Source: an uncultured Pelagibacteraceae bacterium
Lineage (GTDB): Bacteria; Pseudomonadota; Alphaproteobacteria; Pelagibacterales; Pelagibacteraceae
DNA: 64,000 bases
NCBI GenBank assembly: GCA_902592985.1
Contig: CACJGR010000002.1
Location: forward strand, 65,800 to 129,799
Reading direction: 5' to 3'
The notes beneath the pieces are model-generated. The model saw nothing but the letters and a program-made list of their open reading frames with translations, was not told where the DNA came from and did not search any database. Made by a program: the position numbers and the translations under genes. Positions 40,031 to 49,831 of the stretch are shown one piece after another (position 1 is the stretch's first letter; every line of letters begins with the position of its first letter).

Positions 40031-40492
40031 ATGAAGAAAGTTTCTTTAGAAGTTAATGGCAGGAAGATAACAAAAGATATTCCTGATCACACTATTTTAT
40101 CAGTTTTATTAAGAGATATTTTAAATTTAACAGGAACACACATAGGTTGTGATACAAGCCAATGTGGAGCATGTGTAGTTCATATAGATGGAAAGTCTAT
40201 TAAAAGTTGTACAACTTTAGCTGCTGAAGTTAATGGTTCAAAAGTAACAACAATTGAAGGTTTAGCAAAGAATGGAAAAATGCATCCAATGCAAGAAGCA
40301 TTTAAAAAAATGCACGGATTACAATGTGGTTTTTGCACTCCAGGAATGGTTATGAGTGCAATAGATTTATTACAAAATAAAAAAAATCCCAGTGACACAG
40401 AGATAAGAGATTGGTTAGAAGGAAACATTTGTAGATGCACTGGATATCAAAATATAGTAGCAGCAGTCAAAGAGGCTGCTTCTAAAATGTAG
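40031..40492 (+). CDS. coxS: Molybdenum hydroxylase 2x[2Fe-2S] small subunit (CoxS-like)
   Basis: [31 protein letters not shown] motifs. Confidence 0.93.
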   Translation: MKKVSLEVNGRKITKDIPDHTILSVLLRDILNLTGTHIGCDTSQCGACVVHIDGKSIKSCTTLAAEVNGSKVTTIEGLAKNGKMHPMQEAFKKMHGLQCGFCTPGMVMSAIDLLQNKKNPSDTEIRDWLEGNICRCTGYQNIVAAVKEAASKM

Positions 40493-40504
40493 AAGGACAA
40501 AGTT

Positions 40505-42883
40505 ATGGCAAGTTTAGTAGGCTCTAGAGTAGAAAGAAAAGAAGATAAGAGATTTTTAACGGGTAAAGGCAGATATACTGCTGACATAAATCTGGCAAAT
40601 CAAACATATGCTGTATTCATTAGATCTCCACATGCAAGAGCAAAAATTAAAAAAATTGATACTTCAAAAGCTTTAAAAGCGTCTGGGGTTGTAGATATCT
40701 TAACAGGAAAACATATTGCTCAAGACAAAATAGGTGGTTTAATTGCTGGATGGGCTATTAGAAGTGAAGACGGTTCTGAAATGAAATGCCCTGCAAATCC
40801 TCCGTTGGCAAACGATAGTGTAAATTTTGTAGGTGACCCTGTTGCGGTTGTTTTTGCGGAAACTTTAGATGAAGTAAAAGAAGCGGCTAACTTAGTTGAT
40901 GTTGATTATAAAGTTTTAAAAGCGGTTACCAGCTTGGCACATACAATGAAAAGCGAAACCATTCACGAAGGTATTGATAAAAATCTTTGTTATGATTGGT
41001 TGCTTGGTGATAGACAAAAAGTTAAAGAGGCGTTTGATAAAGCAGATAGAATCATTAAACTTGATATTGTAAATAACAGACTTATTCCAAATGCAATGGA
41101 ACCAAGAGCATGTGTTATAGATTATAATACAGCATCTGAAGAAATAACTTGTTACACAACAAGTCAAAATCCACACTTATCAAGATTAATCATGTCCGCA
41201 TTTGGAGGAGTTGCTCCAGAAAATAAATTAAGAGTGGTAGCACCTGATGTAGGAGGAGGGTTTGGTTCAAAAATTAACCTTTATAATGAAGAAATTGTTT
41301 GTAGTTGGGCGGCAAAAAAAATTGAAAGACCTATAAAATGGGTCGCTGAAAGAACAGAATCTTTTTTAACTGATACACATGGAAGAGATCATATTACTCA
41401 TGCTGAATTAGCAGTTACAAATGATGGAAAATTTTTAGGATTTAAAAATGAAACTATTGCTAATTTAGGGGCTTACGCTAGAGTTTTTGGCACAGTAACA
41501 CCAACATATCTTTTTGGTCCTTGTGCAACAGGTGTTTATGTGATGCCTGCCGCTTATTCAAATGTTAAAGCAGTATATACAAATACTGCTCCTGTAGATG
41601 CTTACAGAGGCGCCGGCAGACCAGAAGCAACTTACACTATTGAAAGAATAGTTGATAAAGCAGCTATTGAACTTGGTCTAGATCCAATTGAAATAAGAAT
41701 GAAAAATTTTCCAACTGAATTCCCATTTAAACAAACTTTAGTTCACCAGATTGATTCAGGAGATTATGTATCTGGCTTAAAAAAAGCAAAACAAATGTCA
41801 GACTATGATGGTTTTGCTGCTCGAAAAAAAGATTCAGAGTCTAAAGGAAAGCTTAGGGGAATAGGAGTTACAACTTATTTTGAAGCATGTGGTATTGCAC
41901 CATCTCCAGTAGTTATGATGTTGGGTTGTGGAGTTGGATTATGGGAGTCTGCAGAAGTAAGATTTAACCCAACAGGGCAAGTAACAGTTTATACTGGATC
42001 TCATTCTCACGGTCAAAGTCACCAGACAACATTTGCTCAAATTGCTGCTGATGAATTAGGCGTTCCAATTGAAAATATTGATATTGTACATGGAGACACT
42101 GACAAAGGAACTTTTGGAATGGGAACATATGGATCAAGATCATTAGCAGTCGGTGGAGTAGCAATAATTAATGCATGTAAAAAAATAGTTACCAAAGGTA
42201 AAAAGATTGCAGCAAAAATGCTTGAAGCTAGTGAGGAAGAAGTTGAATTTAAAGATGGAGAATTTGTAGTAGCTAAATCAAATAAGAAGAAAACTATAGG
42301 AGAAGTCGCTTTTGCAAGTTATTTACCAGGCGTAAGAGATGAGGTCAAATCACCATTACCAGAAGGTGAAGAACCAGGTTTAATAGAGTCTTCATTTTAT
42401 GATCCATCAAATTTCTCATTTCCAGCAGGATCACATATTTGTGAAGTAGAAATAGATCCTGAAACAGGTGAGGTAAAACTTGATAAATACACAGCTGTTG
42501 ATGATTTTGGAACAATAGTAAATCCACTAATTGTTGAAGGACAAGTTCATGGAGGGCTAGCACAAGGAATTGGGCAAGCTTTATATGAAAATGCACAATA
42601 CGATGAGACTGGACAACTTATTACAGCATCGTACATGGATTATACAATGCCAAGAGCTGATAACTTTCCAGAATTTAATATTGGATATACTTGCACAAAA
42701 GCAACAACTAATCCATTAGGCGTTAAAGGATGTGGAGAAGCAGGAACTATAGCAGCAACTCCAACTGTTATGAATGCAGTAATCAATGCTCTTGGAGGAA
42801 AAGAAATATCACTACCAGCAACAGCAGAAAAAGTTTGGAAAGCTTGTAAAGAAAATAAAGGGTCAAATGCAAAGGCAGCATAA
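40505..42883 (+). CDS. coxL: Xanthine oxidase-family molybdopterin large subunit, form II CoxL-like
   Basis: DVGGGFG.K, active-site AYRGAGRPE (form II; form I is AYxCSFR), HGQ.H.T, TYGSRS, GQVHGG, KGCGEAG motifs. Confidence 0.9.
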   Translation: MASLVGSRVERKEDKRFLTGKGRYTADINLANQTYAVFIRSPHARAKIKKIDTSKALKASGVVDILTGKHIAQDKIGGLIAGWAIRSEDGSEMKCPANPPLANDSVNFVGDPVAVVFAETLDEVKEAANLVDVDYKVLKAVTSLAHTMKSETIHEGIDKNLCYDWLLGDRQKVKEAFDKADRIIKLDIVNNRLIPNAMEPRACVIDYNTASEEITCYTTSQNPHLSRLIMSAFGGVAPENKLRVVAPDVGGGFGSKINLYNEEIVCSWAAKKIERPIKWVAERTESFLTDTHGRDHITHAELAVTNDGKFLGFKNETIANLGAYARVFGTVTPTYLFGPCATGVYVMPAAYSNVKAVYTNTAPVDAYRGAGRPEATYTIERIVDKAAIELGLDPIEIRMKNFPTEFPFKQTLVHQIDSGDYVSGLKKAKQMSDYDGFAARKKDSESKGKLRGIGVTTYFEACGIAPSPVVMMLGCGVGLWESAEVRFNPTGQVTVYTGSHSHGQSHQTTFAQIAADELGVPIENIDIVHGDTDKGTFGMGTYGSRSLAVGGVAIINACKKIVTKGKKIAAKMLEASEEEVEFKDGEFVVAKSNKKKTIGEVAFASYLPGVRDEVKSPLPEGEEPGLIESSFYDPSNFSFPAGSHICEVEIDPETGEVKLDKYTAVDDFGTIVNPLIVEGQVHGGLAQGIGQALYENAQYDETGQLITASYMDYTMPRADNFPEFNIGYTCTKATTNPLGVKGCGEAGTIAATPTVMNAVINALGGKEISLPATAEKVWKACKENKGSNAKAA

Positions 42884-42892
42884 GAAGAAACG

Positions 42893-43681
42893 ATGAAAAA
42901 ATTTAATTATCACTTAGTAAAAGATATTAAAGAAGCAAAAAAACTATCATCACCGAATTCAACTTTTTTAGCTGGAGGGATGACAACTATACCTTCTATG
43001 AAATTAGGGTTGGGCACTTATAAAGATATTATTGATATTAAAGGAATTAAAAAACTTTCTGGTATTAAAGTAAGTGGAAAAATATTAAAAATTGGAGCAA
43101 CAACAAAGCATGTAGAAGTTGCAAACTCAAAAGAAGTTAAAAAATCTATTCCTTCTTTAGCTGCGTTAGCAGAAGGTATAGGAGATCCACAAGTCAGAAA
43201 CAAAGGAACTATAGGAGGATCTATTGCGAATAACGATCCAGCAGCCGATTATCCTTCTGCTTGTATTGCTTTGAACGCTTCAATTAATACCAGCAACAAT
43301 AGAAAAATTGATTCTGAAAATTTCTTTAGAGGTCTGTTTGAAACAGCTCTTAAAAAAGGAGAGATAATAGAATCGATTGAGTTTGAAATTCCACTAAAAT
43401 CAAATTATCAAAAATTTCCAAATCCAGCATCAAGATATGCTATTGTTGGTGTATATGTTTCTAAGTATAAATCTGGAACAAATGTTGCAGTAACAGGAGC
43501 TAAGTCATGTGTGTATAACGATAAAGATTTGTCAAAAGCATTGTCCAATAACTTTTCTTCATCAGCAATTGATAAAGTAAAAATTTCTTCTTCTGGCATG
43601 AGTTCTGACATTCATGCTTCAGGAAATTACAGAGCAAATATGGTTAAAGTTTTTGCTAAAAAAGCTGTTGAAGCTTGCTAA
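42893..43681 (+). CDS. coxM: FAD-binding medium subunit (CoxM-like)
   Basis: LAGG, IGDPQVRN.GTIGGSIANNDPAADYP, KFPNPASRYA motifs. Confidence 0.92.
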   Translation: MKKFNYHLVKDIKEAKKLSSPNSTFLAGGMTTIPSMKLGLGTYKDIIDIKGIKKLSGIKVSGKILKIGATTKHVEVANSKEVKKSIPSLAALAEGIGDPQVRNKGTIGGSIANNDPAADYPSACIALNASINTSNNRKIDSENFFRGLFETALKKGEIIESIEFEIPLKSNYQKFPNPASRYAIVGVYVSKYKSGTNVAVTGAKSCVYNDKDLSKALSNNFSSSAIDKVKISSSGMSSDIHASGNYRANMVKVFAKKAVEAC

Positions 43682-43711
43682 TTAGTTCTTTCAGTATTAA
43701 TTTTACATCTA

Positions 43712-44041
43712 ATGAAAAACTCGTTTGACGAAAAGATTTTAGATGAAGCTAATGATTGGATCATAGCTAATCAAAAAGTGGTCCTTGCAACTGTAATTCA
43801 AACTTGGGGATCTTCTCCAAGACCCACCGGCAGCAGAATGATTGTAAATGAAAAAGGGGATTTTTCAGGTTCTGTATCTGGAGGATGCGTTGAGTCTGCG
43901 GTGGTTAGAGAATGTTTGGGAATTTTAAAAGAAAAAAAACCTTTTAAAAAAATAGAATTTAAAATTTCTAATGAAAGTGCCTGGGAAGTTGGACTTGCTT
44001 GTGGTGGAGAGATTGCAATTTATTTAGAGCAGATTAATTAA
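43712..44041 (+). CDS. XdhC/CoxI family N-terminal domain protein
   Basis: LATVIQTWGSSPRP.G, GSVSGGCVE, AWEVGLACGG motifs. Confidence 0.92.
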   Translation: MKNSFDEKILDEANDWIIANQKVVLATVIQTWGSSPRPTGSRMIVNEKGDFSGSVSGGCVESAVVRECLGILKEKKPFKKIEFKISNESAWEVGLACGGEIAIYLEQIN

Positions 44042-44721
44042 TGCAATTAAAAACTTTACAAGAAATAATTAAAAAAAAAGAAAATAAATCTGAATTTGCA
44101 ATAGTTACAAACTTAGCGACAGGAAATAGTGAAATTTTTGAAAAAGGGAAATCATTAAGTAAAGATTTTGATCAATTTAAAAATCAAATAAATGCTATTT
44201 ATCAGTCAAAAAAAAATGAAGTTATTGAAGGTACCGATATATTTGTAGAAAGCTATATTAGGCCGATCAAAGTTATTATAGTTGGTGCTGTTCATATAGC
44301 TCAGTATTTAGTTAATTTTGCCAGTAGCTTAAATTTTGAAATATCTGTAATTGATCCTAGAGGATATTTTGCAACAGAACAAAGATTTCCTAGCATGAAA
44401 ATAATTAATAAGTGGCCAGATGAAGCATTTAAAGAAATAGAAACAGATTCAAATTCAGCATTAATTGCGCTAACTCACGACCCTAAGATTGATGATCCAG
44501 CCTTACAACACGCTATAAAGAAAAAATTTTACTATATTGGGGCCTTAGGTAGTAAAAAAACACATGAAAATAGATGTGAAAGATTAAAAAAATCTGGATT
44601 TAGTGACGAACAAATAAATCAAATTCATGGACCAATTGGAATTAAACTTGGAGGAAAAGCAGCTCCTGAAATTGCATTATCAATAATTGCCCAACTTGTT
44701 GCCGAAACATACAAAAAATAA
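44041..44721 (+). CDS. XdhC family C-terminal (Rossmann) domain protein
   Basis: VGAVHIAQ, DPR..FA...RFP, LTHDPKIDD, YIGALGS, PIG....G..PEIA motifs. Confidence 0.92.
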   Translation: MQLKTLQEIIKKKENKSEFAIVTNLATGNSEIFEKGKSLSKDFDQFKNQINAIYQSKKNEVIEGTDIFVESYIRPIKVIIVGAVHIAQYLVNFASSLNFEISVIDPRGYFATEQRFPSMKIINKWPDEAFKEIETDSNSALIALTHDPKIDDPALQHAIKKKFYYIGALGSKKTHENRCERLKKSGFSDEQINQIHGPIGIKLGGKAAPEIALSIIAQLVAETYKK

Positions 44722-44730
44722 AAAAATTTT

Positions 44731-45312
44731 ATGATTTCATCAATTCTTTTAGCAGCAGGTCAATCTAAAAGGATGCAAGGTGAAAACAAGCTATTAAAAA
44801 AATATAAAAAAAAATATTTAATTAACCACATTTTAAATTCTTTAATTAAAAGCAAAGTAAATAAAATAATAGTTGTATTAGGTTATGAAATCAGGAAAAT
44901 TAAAAAAATATCATTAAAAAGTAAAAAAATAACTTTTGTATTTAATTCACAATATTTAAAAGGAATATCAACATCAATTAAGTGTGGATTGAAAAAAATA
45001 CCTAAAAAAAATATAGGTTTTTTAATTGCACATGCTGATATGCCTCTAATTTCAAAAACAATTTTAAACACTTTATGCTCAGGTTTAAAAAATAGTAAAA
45101 AAGAGATTTTTGTACCAGTTTATAATAAAAAAGTTGGAAACCCCTTAGCTTTTAAATATTCAATGATTAAATCTCTTAAAAAAATTAAAGGAGATAAAGG
45201 AGCTAAAAAATTAATTAAATCAAACAAATCAAAAGTTCAATTGGTAAAAATAAAATCTAAATCTATTTTAATTGATTTTGATCAATTAAAGGATTTCCCT
45301 TCAACCATTTAG
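44731..45312 (+). CDS. mocA: Molybdenum cofactor cytidylyltransferase (MocA-like)
   Basis: LAAGQS.RM...NKLL, G.S.S...G, ADMP, GNP, GD.GA motifs; in a xanthine-oxidase-family operon needing MCD. Confidence 0.82.
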   Translation: MISSILLAAGQSKRMQGENKLLKKYKKKYLINHILNSLIKSKVNKIIVVLGYEIRKIKKISLKSKKITFVFNSQYLKGISTSIKCGLKKIPKKNIGFLIAHADMPLISKTILNTLCSGLKNSKKEIFVPVYNKKVGNPLAFKYSMIKSLKKIKGDKGAKKLIKSNKSKVQLVKIKSKSILIDFDQLKDFPSTI

Positions 45313-45724
45313 AATCTTCTCTCTCATAATGTTCTTTTTTCCAGATTGGTGTCCGTTTTTTTATTTCTTCGATAATATATCTTGAAAATTCATATGCTTG
45401 AGAACGATGTTTGCAAGAAACAGCAATAATTATACTAGTTCCACCAAGTTCAACGTATCCTTTGATATGTTCAATAAATACTGCAATATTATTAAAATTA
45501 AATTTTGTTTCCGCTTCTTTATATATTTCTTCAAAACTTTTGATTACTAAAGCATCGTGACTATCATAAGTAATTCCAGTAACTTTTTTATCATTATTTT
45601 GATCTCTAACAGTACCAACAAAATATATTGAGGCACCACATTTACTTGAAGCTATAAATTTTTGCGCATTGGTAAGATCAATTTTTCCTTTCGTAACATC
45701 TATTACTTTGGCATGAAGCATCAA
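45263..45724 (-). CDS. moaE: Molybdopterin synthase catalytic subunit
   Basis: GA...F.GTVR, HR..A, IK...PIWKKE motifs. Confidence 0.93.
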   Translation of the reverse strand: MMLHAKVIDVTKGKIDLTNAQKFIASSKCGASIYFVGTVRDQNNDKKVTGITYDSHDALVIKSFEEIYKEAETKFNFNNIAVFIEHIKGYVELGGTSIIIAVSCKHRSQAYEFSRYIIEEIKKRTPIWKKEHYEREDSKWLKGNPLIDQNQLK

Positions 45725-45990
45725 CCACCTCCTATTGGAGGTATAATTCCAATACTCTGTTCTTTTGTAATTTTATAATCATCACCCACAATATTGTTTT
45801 CTTCAGAACAAAATGCTGAAGATTGGACTAATTTTTTATAATTGTCATTACCTTTAAAATTATTTTCTACAAAATTTAATATTTCATTTCGTAAATCTTT
45901 TATGGAACTTTTTTCTTTTAAATTAAATTCTAAATAATCTTTTTTGCTAAAATCACGGCTAGCTCCGAAAAGCTCTAATTTGATTTTCAT
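45721..45990 (-). CDS. moaD: Molybdopterin synthase sulfur carrier (MoaD/ThiS family)
   Basis: Ubiquitin-like size, C-terminal IIPPIGGG; between moaC and moaE. Confidence 0.85.
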   Translation of the reverse strand: MKIKLELFGASRDFSKKDYLEFNLKEKSSIKDLRNEILNFVENNFKGNDNYKKLVQSSAFCSEENNIVGDDYKITKEQSIGIIPPIGGG

Positions 45991-46008
45991 AAATATTTTT
46001 TATTAAAA

Positions 46009-46554
46009 TTAAAATATATTGTCTAGGAATTTTGGTAAACCATCAGGATTGGTCCAAAGTCCACTTTTTCCACCTTCTTTGATCAAAAGCTTAACATTAT
46101 CAATTTTTAAATGTGGATTTACAATTTTACTTAAATCATAAATAGTAATTAAAGCTGCGTTAACACCCATAATTGCTTCCATCTCAACACCAGTTTTAGC
46201 TACAGCAGAGACAACACAGAATACTTCTAAAGAATTATCTTCATCATGCATTATAATTTTAGTTGCAGTATGATCAATTGGTAGGGGATGACACAAAGGA
46301 ATTAATTCGCTAGTTTTTTTAACGCCTAATACAGCGGAAACTTCTGCTAGGCTAATTGGGTCTCCTTTTGGCATTTCATTATTTTTAATCATATTAAATA
46401 CTTTTTTACCGACATAAATTTTCCCTGAAGCTAAAGCTCTCCTAAAGGTCTCTTTTTTTGTAGAAACATCAACCATATTAAAAGAATTTTTTTTAAAAAT
46501 TTCTTTAGCCCAATCTTTTAATTCTTCATGATTAACTAGTTTAAGATTTTTCAT
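46009..46554 (-). CDS. moaC: Cyclic pyranopterin monophosphate synthase (start likely ATG 46554)
   Basis: MVDVS.K..T.R.A.A, KGD, LIPLCHP, TGVEMEA, IYD..K, KEGGKSG motifs. Confidence 0.95.
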   Translation of the reverse strand: MKNLKLVNHEELKDWAKEIFKKNSFNMVDVSTKKETFRRALASGKIYVGKKVFNMIKNNEMPKGDPISLAEVSAVLGVKKTSELIPLCHPLPIDHTATKIIMHDEDNSLEVFCVVSAVAKTGVEMEAIMGVNAALITIYDLSKIVNPHLKIDNVKLLIKEGGKSGLWTNPDGLPKFLDNIF

Positions 46555-46556
46555 TT

Positions 46557-47492
46557 TTAAATTCTGCTTCCAATATATTCTAAAATTGTTGGATTGTAAT
46601 ATTGAAAACAAGTTCCATGATTCATTCTATGCCCGTCTTTAACTGGTGTTGATTTGTTAGGATGTTGAATTACACACTTTTTTCCTTTAATTTTGTAATC
46701 TTCAGAAATTATTATTCTTTTTACACCTGGAATTTCATCAATCCAATCAGATAATAGTCCCTCATAAGGATCTTTTGGATGTGTAAAAACTAGCAAAGGT
46801 AAATTTTTGGATTTTTTTATATTATCAATTTGATTCTGTCTAACTTTTGCAGGACCAGGTTTTTTATTTTTAAATTTTTCCATTGCAGCTTCAGCACCAA
46901 CCTTTTTTGCTTTATATTGTCTAGAAAGTTTACCAAAACATGCCTGCATTTGAGATATTCCACCACCTGCTATATCTGGGTGTTTGGCAAAAAGCATTAA
47001 AGTTACTAATCCTCCACAAGAATGTCCGCTAACTATAATTTGTTTTCTAGGAACTCCTATTTCAACAAATTTTTCTATCAGCTCAACATTTGCATCAACT
47101 CTTTTATCAAGTTTATGTTTACCTTTGTAAGGTCCAGTATATTTTTTTGACCATAATCCATATTTTTCTGATTGCTGATCTCCTGCAAAATGATTTGTGC
47201 AATAATTATAAACCATAATTTTTTTTCCTTTAACTTCTTCACCCACTAAAGATGCTATATTTCTTGCATTGCCAATCCAGGTACACTCAGATTTTTTTGA
47301 GTCATTTGATGTTTGACCATGATTAAAAATTATAATTATTATATTTTTTGGATCATTAACTTCAAGGGCTTCATTAACTTTTGTGGTTATATTTTTTGAT
47401 AAAAAACCACTTTTTTTAATACCATCACTGTCTGCCAAAACAGGTAACATTGAAAGTATATAAATTATTGTTACCAATAATACTTTTTTCAT
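46557..47492 (-). CDS. Secreted alpha/beta-hydrolase-fold protein
   Basis: Signal peptide MKKVLL...VLA; NHG, GHSCGG nucleophile elbow, DPYE and GH as likely catalytic Asp/His. Confidence 0.75.
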   Translation of the reverse strand: MKKVLLVTIIYILSMLPVLADSDGIKKSGFLSKNITTKVNEALEVNDPKNIIIIIFNHGQTSNDSKKSECTWIGNARNIASLVGEEVKGKKIMVYNYCTNHFAGDQQSEKYGLWSKKYTGPYKGKHKLDKRVDANVELIEKFVEIGVPRKQIIVSGHSCGGLVTLMLFAKHPDIAGGGISQMQACFGKLSRQYKAKKVGAEAAMEKFKNKKPGPAKVRQNQIDNIKKSKNLPLLVFTHPKDPYEGLLSDWIDEIPGVKRIIISEDYKIKGKKCVIQHPNKSTPVKDGHRMNHGTCFQYYNPTILEYIGSRI

Positions 47493-48484
47493 TACCCACC
47501 TGTTGTAGATAAATTATTCATTAAACCTGTTTCTCCAAGCTCTAAATAATGAGATTCCTTTTTAAAATTTAACTGTTTAGAAATTAAATCTTTTAATTCT
47601 TCCAACTGATCATCTCTTTGTAAAAGATGTCTAATGCTTATTCCGGTATTTCCAAATAAACATAATCTTAAATCACCTCTAGCTGTAATTCGAAGTCTGT
47701 TGCAGCTTTTGCAAAAATCTTTTGAGTAAGGAGCAATAACTCCAAATTTTCCTTTAAAAGAAGGATTTATATAATTTTTTGATGGACCGGCATCTCTGCC
47801 AAGAGTTTGAAAAATCCAGCCATTTTTATTTATGTAATCAGTAAATACTTTTGCTGATACATGATATTTTTTAAAGTAATCTAAACCATCTCCTGTTTGC
47901 ATTAATTCTATATATCTAAAATCAATTTTGTTATTTTTAACAAAGTCGCTCCATTCATTAAAATCTTTTTCGTTATCATTAATTCCTTTTAACAAGACTG
48001 CATTTATTTTTATATTTTTAAAATTAAGTTGTTGTAATTTTTCAATTCCTTTTAATATTTCAGGCAATCGATCATGACCTGTAACATTTTTAAATGTTTC
48101 TCTATTTAAGCTATCAATGCTTATATTTATTCCATCTAATCCACTTTCAGTAATTTGATTAGCAATTTTATCTAAACGATAGCCATTTGTAGTAATTACT
48201 GTTTTTTTTATTCCAGTTTTATTTTTTAAAATTTTAACAATATCAAAAAAATCTTTTCTAACAGTTGGTTCGCCACCTGTTAATCTAATCTTACAAACTC
48301 CAAGCCCAGAAAGACCTTTTGCAAGTCTTTCAATTTCTTCTGAACTAAGAAATTTTCTATTGTCGCTTTTGTCTTTTTGATAACCATTAGGAAGGCAATA
48401 ACCACATTTAAAATTACATACATCAGTAATTGATAATCTTATGTAAGGAAACGTTCTTCCAAAACTATCTCTAAGCATTTTCAT
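47492..48484 (-). CDS. moaA: GTP 3',8-cyclase
   Basis: YIRLSITDVCNFKCGYC, LTGGEP, FCKSCNRLR...G.LRLCLF, C-terminal GG. Confidence 0.97.
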   Translation of the reverse strand: MKMLRDSFGRTFPYIRLSITDVCNFKCGYCLPNGYQKDKSDNRKFLSSEEIERLAKGLSGLGVCKIRLTGGEPTVRKDFFDIVKILKNKTGIKKTVITTNGYRLDKIANQITESGLDGINISIDSLNRETFKNVTGHDRLPEILKGIEKLQQLNFKNIKINAVLLKGINDNEKDFNEWSDFVKNNKIDFRYIELMQTGDGLDYFKKYHVSAKVFTDYINKNGWIFQTLGRDAGPSKNYINPSFKGKFGVIAPYSKDFCKSCNRLRITARGDLRLCLFGNTGISIRHLLQRDDQLEELKDLISKQLNFKKESHYLELGETGLMNNLSTTGG

Positions 48485-48528
48485 TTATTTTTTTATAATA
48501 TAAGTTAACATATTAAATATAATATAAC

Positions 48529-49362
48529 ATGAGTGAATTTCTTACTAAAAGTGAAATAAATCAATTTAATAAAGATGGAGCCATTTTTATTAAAGGAAAA
48601 TTTGATGTTAAATGGATAGAGAAATTAAAAAAAGGGATTGAAAGAGATATTAAAAATCCAAGTCCTAGATTTAAAAGCCATACATTGGAAAAAGACGTTC
48701 CTGCTTATTTAGAAGATTATTGGACCTGGGATTTAGTGCCTGAATTTAAAGACTTTGTATTTAATTCACCATACGCGAAAATAGCTTCTGAATTAATGTC
48801 GGCTAAAAAAATAAATCTTGTAATGGATAATTGGTTTTTAAGAGAGGCGGGGTCTAAATCTTCCACGCCATTTCATCATGATATAAGTTATTTTGACATG
48901 GATGGAACAATGTGTGTTCTTTGGTTGCCATTACAAGCTACAGGAAAAAATGAAGGAGTTGTTTGGGTTAAAGGTTCACACTTATGGAATAAACTTTTTT
49001 TAAGGGTGCTTTTTAAAGATGGACATAAAGCTGAAGGCAATGAATGTACAATTGATGGAAAAAAATATGAACTTCCTCCTGATATTTTAGGAAATAAAGA
49101 TAAATATGAATTTTTACAATGGGATTGTGAGTTAGGAGATGCTGTTATATTTGATATGAGAACTCTTCATGGAACACTTAGTTCTTCAATACCAAAAAAA
49201 ACATTAAGTCGTTATACTTTAAGGGTAGCGAAAGAAGATGCAAAGATTAGTTATGTAGGTGATTGGACAAGCTACAACTATCGCCAAGCAATGAAAGATG
49301 GAGGCTACAAAGAAGGTGATAGTTTAGGCGGCAAAATGTTTCCAGTCTTATATGAAGCTTGA
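48529..49362 (+). CDS. PhyH-family Fe(II)/2-oxoglutarate dioxygenase
   Basis: F..DG, TPFHHD (HxD), W.PL, GSH, GD...F...TLHG motifs. Confidence 0.88.
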   Translation: MSEFLTKSEINQFNKDGAIFIKGKFDVKWIEKLKKGIERDIKNPSPRFKSHTLEKDVPAYLEDYWTWDLVPEFKDFVFNSPYAKIASELMSAKKINLVMDNWFLREAGSKSSTPFHHDISYFDMDGTMCVLWLPLQATGKNEGVVWVKGSHLWNKLFLRVLFKDGHKAEGNECTIDGKKYELPPDILGNKDKYEFLQWDCELGDAVIFDMRTLHGTLSSSIPKKTLSRYTLRVAKEDAKISYVGDWTSYNYRQAMKDGGYKEGDSLGGKMFPVLYEA

Positions 49363-49391
49363 TAACTTCTAGCCTTAAAGGCTAGAAGTTA
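49363..49391. terminator. Perfect 13-bp hairpin between convergent genes (likely bidirectional intrinsic terminator)
   Basis: taacttctagcct-taa-aggctagaagtta, followed on the + strand by an A/T-rich tract. Confidence 0.85.
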
Positions 49392-49411
49392 AATTATTTA
49401 TTTTTTGAAAC

Positions 49412-49735
49412 CTAGTTTCCTGGGCCTTTATATGCCTTTGCTATTTTTGCAGCGTTTTCCGCAACTTCATTAATGTTAATTGCTTCGCAAACTGCAATAT
49501 CGCAAAGAGCACCACTAGCTTCTGTTGCCATTTTAACGCCAGCGCCTTGTGCAAAAGTTCCTTCGAATACTGCTAAAAAATCATAAGGTCCTCTTAAACC
49601 AGTATATGAAACTAATTTAGCTCCAACAGCTTCAGCTGCAGTTCGAGCTGCTTGTGCTCTATCTGACTTTGGATCCTTGCAAAAACCTTGAAATCCTAGA
49701 GCAGTATATTTACCCAATGCATAAAATGTTGCCAT
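49412..49735 (-). CDS. GYD-domain protein
   Basis: G.YT..G..G, R..AA....EAVG.KL, GPYDF motifs; AGGAG SD upstream. Confidence 0.8.
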   Translation of the reverse strand: MATFYALGKYTALGFQGFCKDPKSDRAQAARTAAEAVGAKLVSYTGLRGPYDFLAVFEGTFAQGAGVKMATEASGALCDIAVCEAININEVAENAAKIAKAYKGPGN

Positions 49736-49831
49736 ATTTACTCCTTTCTTAAAAAAGATTATAACATTCTAAATTTTAATTTATTATTAAATTAGTTTAT
49801 TAAAGTCACAACTAAGAATAGAAAATTTTAT

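Noticed and set aside
40505-42883. True aerobic CO dehydrogenase (form I)
   Set aside because: The active-site loop is AYRGAGR, not AYxCSFR; gene order is SLM; no coxDE.
43712-44721. xdhC broken by a frameshift
   Set aside because: Clean TAATG stop/start coupling at a domain boundary; two-gene XdhC is common in alphaproteobacteria.
45884-45910. dif-like TTATGGAACT arm
   Set aside because: It lies inside moaD, with wrong spacing and a poor left arm.
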